Source: an uncultured delta proteobacterium
GTDB taxonomy: Bacteria > Desulfobacterota > Zymogenia > Zymogenales > Zymogenaceae
NCBI GenBank assembly: GCA_963735595.1
Contig: CAVTLK010000001.1
Location: forward strand, 992,001 to 1,056,000
Reading direction: 5' to 3'
DNA: 64,000 bases
The position numbers and the translations under genes are program-made. Under the pieces are notes generated by a model. The model ran no database searches and was not told the DNA's origin. It worked only from the letters and a program-made list of their open reading frames with translations. Every line of letters begins with the position of its first letter. Positions within the stretch are counted from its first letter, which is position 1. Below are positions 56,108 through 64,000 of this stretch, one piece after another.

Positions 56108-57982
56108 ATGTGTGGCATATTTGCTCAAATAAATATTCGTGAGAAGCCGGTTGATCTAACGAATTGCCGTCGGGCGACGCATGTTTTGGCCCATAGAGGA
56201 CCCGATTCCTGGGGTGAAAACTATACGGATAATCGAGACGTGTATTTTGGGCATAGGCGTTTAGCAATACTGGACCTTTCTGTTTCTGGAAATCAACCAT
56301 TCTCTGATGCACAAGGCAATTTGCTCATTTATAATGGAGAGCTCTATAACTTTCAAAATATAAAGAAACAACTGGAAAGCACAGGCATTGTCTTCAAATC
56401 CAATTGTGATACCGAAGTTATATTTCATGCTCTGAATACATGGGGACTGAACTGTATTCATAAATTTGAAGGCATGTTTGCTCTCGTTTACTGGGATGCT
56501 GTACACAAAAAAGCATTAGCAATTCGAGATCCACTTGGTATCAAACCCCTTTATTATTGGGCAAATCCAGAAGGCATTGCCATTTCCTCCGAATTGAAGT
56601 CCTTTTATTATTTGGATGAATTCCAACCTGAATTCAATATTAAAACGTTGCCGGAATTTTTACGTTTTCGGAGCATAATTGGAAGAGACACCTTACTCAA
56701 GAACGTCTATGAATTGGGGCCAGGTGAATATCTCATTTTTAACCAGAATGAAAATGCCTATAAAATTGAGGAATATTGGCGTCCGGAAAGCTGTTTGACT
56801 CCATTTTCTCCTTCTGATTCAGACTCCTTTTCAATGAAGTTTAATCGTATTGTTCAACAGCATCTAATTGCTGATGTGCCTGTTGGCGCACGGTTTTCAG
56901 GTGGATTAGACAGCAGCCTCATTGCTTGCATCATGCAGAAAGATTTATCCACGGAACTGATGGGTTTCCACTGTCATGTTAAAAACGCCTCGTATGATGA
57001 AACACCTTTTGCCCGGCAAATTGCGCAACATCTCGGATTTCAACTCGTTACAGAGACACTGGATGCAGAAACTTTTTTCTCGGATCTCATTGAAAAATTA
57101 ACCTACCATTTGGATGAACCGCTCACACATCCAAATTCTATCGGTATCTTCTTAATTTCTCAGAAAGCCAAAGACCTGGTTAAAGTCTTGTTGTCTGGTG
57201 AAGCAGCTGACGAATTGTTCTGCGGGTATTCTAGATACATTGTAGTAAATCAATTCAGCAATTTACAGCGATTAGGATATTCGTTTTGTTCAAAATTGTT
57301 GTCCATGCTCTATCCCGGGCTTGGTCATCATCAACCGATTACTTTAAATGATTTTATTCTGCTAAGCTCAGCTTACCTATCAGATTCTGATCTTAATGCT
57401 TTTCTAAGCGATAACTCGGCCGCAAATGCAAGTAATCGCAATCGCCAAGTATTATTGCAAGGGCTTAGTATTGAAGATAATCTTACTCGGTGTCAAGTTT
57501 ACGATATCAAAACTTACCTCCCAGCACTATTTGTTCGACAGGATAAAATGTCTATGGCCGCTTCCATTGAAAACCGAGTTCCCTTTGCAACTCCAGAAAT
57601 GGTTGCTTACGCATTATCCTTGAGCAATAAACAGAAAGTTACTCTAGTCGCTCGCAAGAGGGTCTTGCGGGAAACACTGAAATCGTATTTACCAAATAAT
57701 CTGATTTCAAGAAAAAAGTGGGGTTTTGGCATACCGTTAATGGCGTGGTTTCAGACGAAGCAAGGAAAGGAGAGAATCGCCACGCTTCGAGATACATCGT
57801 CCAAATTGAGCAACTATATCGATGTAATCCATTACTTAATGAAAAGCAATTCACCAACGACTGCTTACGATGCAAACGTCATCTGGACTCTTTTGACATT
57901 GAATATTTGGTTTGAGATTTTTCTCGAAAAGACCAAGTTTCACAGAGAACATCAGGTGAATTTAGGAGATTACCCCGCCTGA
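56108..57982 (+). CDS. asnB: Asparagine synthase (glutamine-hydrolysing)-type amidotransferase
   Basis: MCGI, HRGPD, HRRLAILD, NGELYN, SGGLDSS, SGEAADE, ENRVPF. Confidence 0.93.
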   Translation: MCGIFAQINIREKPVDLTNCRRATHVLAHRGPDSWGENYTDNRDVYFGHRRLAILDLSVSGNQPFSDAQGNLLIYNGELYNFQNIKKQLESTGIVFKSNCDTEVIFHALNTWGLNCIHKFEGMFALVYWDAVHKKALAIRDPLGIKPLYYWANPEGIAISSELKSFYYLDEFQPEFNIKTLPEFLRFRSIIGRDTLLKNVYELGPGEYLIFNQNENAYKIEEYWRPESCLTPFSPSDSDSFSMKFNRIVQQHLIADVPVGARFSGGLDSSLIACIMQKDLSTELMGFHCHVKNASYDETPFARQIAQHLGFQLVTETLDAETFFSDLIEKLTYHLDEPLTHPNSIGIFLISQKAKDLVKVLLSGEAADELFCGYSRYIVVNQFSNLQRLGYSFCSKLLSMLYPGLGHHQPITLNDFILLSSAYLSDSDLNAFLSDNSAANASNRNRQVLLQGLSIEDNLTRCQVYDIKTYLPALFVRQDKMSMAASIENRVPFATPEMVAYALSLSNKQKVTLVARKRVLRETLKSYLPNNLISRKKWGFGIPLMAWFQTKQGKERIATLRDTSSKLSNYIDVIHYLMKSNSPTTAYDANVIWTLLTLNIWFEIFLEKTKFHREHQVNLGDYPA

Positions 57983-58392
57983 CAAATAGACGGGGTATTT
58001 TGTATTATAATTTTCCGATTCTTTCCTCAAGTGCAGTAATGTCAATGCATTCGATATAATCGGTTTTTATGTTTTCGCCTTTTCTACGGATAGCATCAGT
58101 GGGACAGAGTAGTTCATGATCAGAATTATCTCGGGTCCAAAAAAAGTTATTATCATCAAAAGGTGTTTTCATTACGATTCCCCTCATTTTAAACTTGGAA
58201 TAAAAACTAAATAAATATGAACCTTAGGAACTATATGTAAATTATTAATCCAATTGCAATTTGTAAATATCGTTTATTATGATCAACAATGAATCGGGTT
58301 CGGACTCTACATCAAAGATGCTCTTATTACCAAATTTGATTCTTTTTAATCGCCTAAAATGCGAATTGAATAATCGTAACCTGTTCTACGGC

Positions 58393-58421
58393 TTGACCCC
58401 AATTTTGTTTTTCAGTACATT
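58393..58421 (+). promoter_or_regulatory. Candidate sigma70 promoter
   Basis: TTGACC-N17-TACATT upstream of ATG 58458. Confidence 0.45.
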
Positions 58422-58457
58422 AACCCAAATTGCACCTCGGTATGATCAGGATAAATT

Positions 58458-59804
58458 ATGGCAACAGAGTCGACGAAAAAGAAAAGGATTTCATTCCGAT
58501 TACGGAAGAGACAATATCCGGTATTGCCGTGGGATAGGAGTAAGCCATATTTTATCAGCCGTCGTCCTCTTATAATTTTATTATTGCTGGCACTTGTAGG
58601 CGTTTTTGCAACGGCCTTTCTAACTTATAGGCATATTGTTCTCACGAGTCATACGGGGAATGTAGGAGAATCGGCCCTATGCAAAGCGCAAGGAGTTATC
58701 AATTGTGATGGCATACTGCTCACCGATTATTCAGTACTTCTAGGATATTTTCCTAGCTCTGTACTTGGTCTCATGGGCTTTGTATTTGTATGGTGGTTGC
58801 TCGTAAATAGTCTTTTGAATGAGCGCGTAAGAAAACTCGCCATGACATTGCTGGTGCTCTATTTTTTCATGGCAATAGGTTTTAGCTGGTACTACATTTA
58901 TCTTATGGCCTTTGAGGTCGATTACGTTTGTACATGGTGCATTGTAGTTCATGTCATAAATTTCACTTCATTAGCCTTGATACTCTATTTTTCCATTAAG
59001 AACCGACAAAATTTCTTGTTGGAAGAACCTGCCAGTAAATGGGAACGGTTTTATTTCATAGCAGGTGGGTTGTGTTTAGCTCTGGTTGTTTTTTTCGGAT
59101 CTGTTTATCTTGAGAACTATTTAAGTTTTCGAGACGCAAAGACAAAATATGAAGAATTGGCCAATGATCCGGTTGTAATCATGGCAACGGTCAAAGCGTC
59201 ACCTGACTACGAAATACCAATCACTAAAGATGATCCAGTTTTTGGAAATCCCTCGGCGCCTTTTCCAATAGTCTTATTTAGTGATTTCCAATGTCCTGTT
59301 TGTTCTCAGACAGAGCAATACCTAAAATCTATTGTGAATGCCAATCCCCATGTATTATCGCTTGTGTATAAAAATTACCCATTATCTCCGAACTGCAACT
59401 CAATAATTATCGGAAATCTGCACCCGTATGCCTGTGAAGCCGCTAAAGCAGCTTATGCAGCTTTTATATTGAAGGACTCCACCGGATTTTGGCAATATGG
59501 AGATCTACTCTTTGCGAATCAGCGCGAATTTAAGAAACAGCCCTGGTTGCAGTATGCTAATATGATTGGCCTTGATGTAAACCGATTTACACAATTGATG
59601 CAAGCAAATGAAAAACCCGAATTAAAAATTAAAGAAGATACAGAATTAGGTGCTACACTAAAATTAACCGCTACTCCGCAGATTTTCTTTCTCAGCAAAA
59701 ATGTCCCTCAGAGCTTTAAAGGTGAGTTCCTCCTGGATACGCTCGAAGAATTAGTGAAATGGAAGTATCCGGAAAATTCATCGTTCAAGTTGCGTAAACC
59801 CTAA
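58458..59804 (+). CDS. VKOR - DsbA/thioredoxin fusion
   Basis: Loop Cys pair CKAQGVINC, VKOR CTWC, DsbA FSDFQCPVC, ATP cis-Pro motif. Confidence 0.9.
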   Translation: MATESTKKKRISFRLRKRQYPVLPWDRSKPYFISRRPLIILLLLALVGVFATAFLTYRHIVLTSHTGNVGESALCKAQGVINCDGILLTDYSVLLGYFPSSVLGLMGFVFVWWLLVNSLLNERVRKLAMTLLVLYFFMAIGFSWYYIYLMAFEVDYVCTWCIVVHVINFTSLALILYFSIKNRQNFLLEEPASKWERFYFIAGGLCLALVVFFGSVYLENYLSFRDAKTKYEELANDPVVIMATVKASPDYEIPITKDDPVFGNPSAPFPIVLFSDFQCPVCSQTEQYLKSIVNANPHVLSLVYKNYPLSPNCNSIIIGNLHPYACEAAKAAYAAFILKDSTGFWQYGDLLFANQREFKKQPWLQYANMIGLDVNRFTQLMQANEKPELKIKEDTELGATLKLTATPQIFFLSKNVPQSFKGEFLLDTLEELVKWKYPENSSFKLRKP

Positions 59805-59827
59805 CATCGCCCAGGACACGAGGCAAT

Positions 59828-60496
59828 ATGTCACCAAAGATATCCAAAATCGTTCTTCCTCTCGTTATGCTCATCTCATTCGTGCTTCTGGCTTGTGATG
59901 CACCGGAAAACCCACTTCCCAAACAAATACGTGACCTTAAAATGGGATCTAACATAGATTCATTGGAAAAGCTCATTGACAAAGACGGCACTTTCACGGT
60001 CAATTCCAAGTCGCGTCGTCCAAAGTTGCAATGGAATTTGAAAAACAATTCAAACTATCGAGATATTGAATTCCAGTTCACAGAAAAAGATCGGCTTTAT
60101 CTTATCCGATTCGATTTAAAAGACACACGAAGGGATGATTTTCAGACGCTCAAGAAAGCCTTTTTCTCAATTTTCGATCTTTCTTGGGATGATCCCCTTA
60201 GAATGCGAGTAGAGGGTTCGGACATGCTCCTTTATGCCCCCAATGCGCAGGAAAATGATGTTTTTTTTCTTGAGTTTACCGATAAGTTGAACGGCAAAAA
60301 AGCGATAGAATTGTTCAGCAAGAAAATTTCGGCACAGGACAGGGCAGCGTATCTGGAAGAGCAGAAAGCCAGAAAAAGCGAAGAACCATCGGTTCCAGTT
60401 TCGGCAGACGATCAAACCTCTAATTCAGAGAATGAGAAGCAAATGAAGCTAGAAAACACCGATACTCAGCCTAATTCAGGAAACGAAAGTAGATGA
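59828..60496 (+). CDS. Hypothetical lipoprotein
   Basis: Lipobox LLAC after a hydrophobic signal. Confidence 0.7.
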   Translation: MSPKISKIVLPLVMLISFVLLACDAPENPLPKQIRDLKMGSNIDSLEKLIDKDGTFTVNSKSRRPKLQWNLKNNSNYRDIEFQFTEKDRLYLIRFDLKDTRRDDFQTLKKAFFSIFDLSWDDPLRMRVEGSDMLLYAPNAQENDVFFLEFTDKLNGKKAIELFSKKISAQDRAAYLEEQKARKSEEPSVPVSADDQTSNSENEKQMKLENTDTQPNSGNESR

Positions 60497-60526
60497 TTTA
60501 TTTATGCTGGGTAATCTCTTGCTTAA

Positions 60527-62528
60527 TTGGTAATGAATAGAATTATTCCAAAACTCATTGCAATACTTATCATAATCATCGTTATTTCTGAGATATACAT
60601 TTCAACAATAAGCCAGGATTTTGCGAACTGGGATGATCCAAAACACATTGCAGCCGTATGGGAGCCTAGTTGGAGCCGTTTATGGACTATTATTTCGGAC
60701 TTTAATCTTCAATTCACCGGAGTAAAATATTATAGCCCTGTTCACTTTATGAGTCTTATGTTTGATCAGTACCTGATCTATCCAGCTCTCGTCCCCCAAC
60801 CGTGGATTTCAAAGTTTTTCAACATCATCTTTCATTGGATAAATACCGTTTTAGTATTCTTTCTGCTATCTCGTTTAGGCATTGACACCAGGTGCAGCTT
60901 TATGGGAGCACTTTTATTTGCTATCCATCCGCTTCAAGTTGGCACTGTAGCCTGGATAAGTGAAAGAAAGAATTTATTGGTGACTCTGTTTTTTTTATCC
61001 GCAATGATCAGTTACATTAGCTATGAGCGGACAAAATCAAATTTGAAGATGATTCTTGTTTTCATTTTATTTGTTCTTGGCCTAGGAACCAAACCGATCA
61101 TGGTTGTATTTCCTATAGTGGCCGGGGCTTATTCCTATTATTTGACCCCCAAAATTCGGTCCGGTACCGTTCAATTTCTCTTCATTTTATTAGCATTTTC
61201 TTTTGCATGGAGTATTTACGCAATTCACACTGAAATCTCAGTTCCGGGAATGTTGCCTTCGATACTTAAAAGACCAATGCTGGCCTCGGCTTCTCTTCTC
61301 TTTTATATTTCAAAACTCATATTACCCACGAATTTGGTGGCCGTCCACCCTAAATGGGACTTGGACAATAACTTATTCCCATTCACCATGGCATTGATCA
61401 TTGTTTCTATTTGTGTCTTTCTTTATATAAAATATTCCCAGAAACTAAGACCCATTGCTCAATTCGGTATAGTGTTCTTTGTCTCATCTCTTTTGCCAGT
61501 TTGTGGCATTATTCCGTTCGGGTATATGTCACATTCTTATGTTGCAGATCATTTCATGTATCTTCCAATCGTTGGCGTAGCCGTTCTCAGCTCGGATATG
61601 CTCAGTTTTTTATTTGCAAGATATCAATACATCCCTAAGAAATTGATAATGTATCAAATTGCCGTTTATACTGTGCTTTGCGTCTTGGGGATCATCTCAA
61701 TTAAGCAGACGCTCGTTTGGAGAGATCCCATTATCTTATGGGAAACTAATCTTGAGAAAAATCCACAGTCGCCTACAGTACCTAACCAATTATGCGGCCA
61801 CACTTGCCGAAAAGGATCGTTTGGAAGAAGCTCAGAAACATTTGTTAAAAGCGATTGAGCTTGCACCTTTTCTCGATGTTGCTTACGTGAATTTAGCTTC
61901 GCTCTATGAGAGGCAGGGAAAGCTTCTCGAAGCAAGAGAAGTTATGGAAACTGCTCTCGGTCTCAATCCCACAAATGAAGCATACTATACGCGATTGGCT
62001 CAAATTTTAATTACACAAGGACAAAGAGAAACAGCTCTTGATCTACTCGAAATTGCAGAAGAAAAGCTTCCAAACTCTGCTCGCATCAAGAACGAATTGG
62101 GAGTACTCTACAATTCCCTGGGCCGTCGCGATGATGCAATTCAGATGCTTTTAGCTGCAAAAAAAATTGATCCCTTCTTGCATGAGCCATACCTCAATCT
62201 AGCCAATATTTACGGATCAGATGAGAAGTATGATCGGGCATTAGACACTTTGAACGAAGCTTTGCAACACACATCACATCTTAATATTATATTCGGCTTA
62301 GCAGAAATTCATCGGAAAACAGGAAATGCTGTTGCTGCGGATACCGAATTAGCCCGATGTCATGTACTCGTGCCTGAAAACGTGCAGATATTATCTATGT
62401 ATTCGGCGAATTTGGTAAAACTTGGCCGCTGTGATGAGGCATCCAGGCTCTGCATCAATGGGGAGAAGTGCAGTCCGGAGACGATGCTGATGATTGAGCA
62501 GTGTAAGAAATCTTCATCTGGTAATTAA
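60527..62528 (+). CDS. TMTC-like membrane glycosyltransferase with TPR repeats, frameshift near 61780
   Basis: NWDD, AIHPLQV..VAWISERK, ADHFMYLP, VWRD...LW, then TPRs. Confidence 0.85.
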
Positions 62529-62715
62529 TTTATCTTGCTATTCAAATTCGTTTTGACACAATATTATACTTTTTAGCAAATGGATGGATTTGAAATTCAT
62601 ATTTATCTTTGTATCAATAGATACAGGTGACTAGGGGATCATTTTTGTTGTTCTAACTTTCACATTTCCATTCCGCTGAAACGTCCCCTATTTGTTTTAT
62701 TCAGGAGGGCTCCCA

Positions 62716-64000
62716 ATGTATAAATATTATTGGAATGAAGAATTCGAAGCGATGTCTGAATCCAAAATGCAGGCGTTTCAGCTTGAAAAATTAAAGGAAA
62801 CGCTGAACTGGGTGTATGATCGAATTCCATTCTACAAGAAATCATTTGACGAAAGATCTATTAAACCCAATGATCTGAAGAGTCTCTCCGATATATCGAA
62901 ATTTCCTTTCACCGTAAAAACGGATCTTCGGGACAATTATCCATTCGGATTATGCGCCGTTCCAATGTCGGAAGTTACCCGAATACATGCGTCCTCAGGC
63001 ACAACAGGCAAACCAATCACAGGACCTTATACTCAGGACGATATGGATCAATGGGCGGAATGTATGGCTCGGAGCTTATGGGCACAGGAAGTTCGACCAG
63101 ATAGCATTCTGCAAAATGCCTTTGGTATGGGTCTGTTCACAGGTGGACTAGGCATGGTGCAAGGAGCAGTTAAAATAGGATGCGCTCTGGTGCCTTCAGG
63201 AGCGGGCATGACGGAACGACAGATAATGCTCATTCAGGATTTCGGGACAACTTCTATATGCTGTACGCCTTCATATTGTTTGACCATTATTGAAAGAGCT
63301 GAAAAGATGGGAGTAGACCTTAAATCTACAAAATTAAAAGACGGACATTTCGGAGCCGAACCGTGGACCGTGGAAATGCGTAACGATATTGAATCGCGGT
63401 CAGGTTTGCACGCATTTGAGCTCTATGGTCTAACGGAAGTGATGGGCCCTGGCGTATCTTTTAGCTGTGAGTATTACAATATTCATCTCAATGAGGATCA
63501 CGTGTACCCGGAAGTAATCGATCCCGGCACATTGGAGCCTTTACCGTTAGGTGAAGAAGGTGAATTGGTGCTCACCGCAATACAGAGACGGGCAATGCCA
63601 ATGATCAGGTATCAAACCCGTGATATATGTAGCCTGCGAAAAATTAAATGTGAATGCGGAAGAACTCTTATAACCATGGATAAGATTTTGGGACGCTCTG
63701 ATGACATGTTGAACATCAGCGGAGTCAATGTTTTCCCGTCCCAAATTGAATCTTTGCTAATGGAGTTTTCTGAAGTCGAACCACTCTATCAAATACGAGT
63801 AAAAAAGAAAGGCTATTTGGATCAAATTTCGGTAGAAACCGAGGTCAAAAGCGCTGTTTACCAAGGCGGTCAGCAACAGATAGATCAATTGGCAAAACGC
63901 ATAGCAGCTCGAATCCAGCAGATTGTCGGAATCAAAGTGCCTGTTACCATACTTCCTCAAGAATCAATAGAAAGGAGCATAGGAAAAGCTCGTCGAGTTA
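62716..64000 (+). CDS. paaK: Phenylacetate-CoA ligase (runs off the right edge; absent from the ORF track)
   Basis: AGGAGG RBS, MYKYYWNEEFE..., RDNYPFG, HASSGTTGKP, GAEPWT, YGLTEVMGPG, GRSDDML, ...GKARRV. Confidence 0.92.
   Translation, partial: MYKYYWNEEFEAMSESKMQAFQLEKLKETLNWVYDRIPFYKKSFDERSIKPNDLKSLSDISKFPFTVKTDLRDNYPFGLCAVPMSEVTRIHASSGTTGKPITGPYTQDDMDQWAECMARSLWAQEVRPDSILQNAFGMGLFTGGLGMVQGAVKIGCALVPSGAGMTERQIMLIQDFGTTSICCTPSYCLTIIERAEKMGVDLKSTKLKDGHFGAEPWTVEMRNDIESRSGLHAFELYGLTEVMGPGVSFSCEYYNIHLNEDHVYPEVIDPGTLEPLPLGEEGELVLTAIQRRAMPMIRYQTRDICSLRKIKCECGRTLITMDKILGRSDDMLNISGVNVFPSQIESLLMEFSEVEPLYQIRVKKKGYLDQISVETEVKSAVYQGGQQQIDQLAKRIAARIQQIVGIKVPVTILPQESIERSIGKARRV

Overview
The window looks like three unrelated genomic pieces joined together. 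(1) ~1-37.9 kb, GC-rich, Desulfobacterota-like anaerobe (taxon inferred). It holds rubrerythrin, a patatin-like enzyme, two MFS transporters, a TetR-TolC-MFP-RND efflux operon, a TetR-regulated AbfD-like dehydratase and a hybrid histidine kinase. It also holds a four-gene cluster of single-pass membrane proteins (OB-fold/FHA, Ser/Thr kinase-PQQ propeller, vWA, PP2C). A tRNA-Arg(UCU) 3' fragment that looks like an integration (att) site is followed by an expanded sigma54/OrpR-controlled Orange-protein-type Fe-S/sulfur cluster. (2) ~37.9-45.0 kb, AT-richer, Bacteroidota-like: GH92, GH38-like glycosidase and a sugar porter. (3) ~45.0-64 kb, AT-rich, Desulfobacterota-like: Fe-S oxidoreductase/NarI-like pair, FprA, B12 radical SAM, YghO/ceramide-synthase-like GNAT, polysaccharide genes, AsnB, VKOR-DsbA, a TMTC-like TPR protein and PaaK. 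Many genes carry small frameshifts, most simply explained as sequencing indels. The best leads are the membrane phospho-signalling cluster, the att-bounded Orp cluster with readable regulatory sites, and a nested 27-bp inverted repeat at 893-976. All family calls come from motif recognition by eye; no searches were run.
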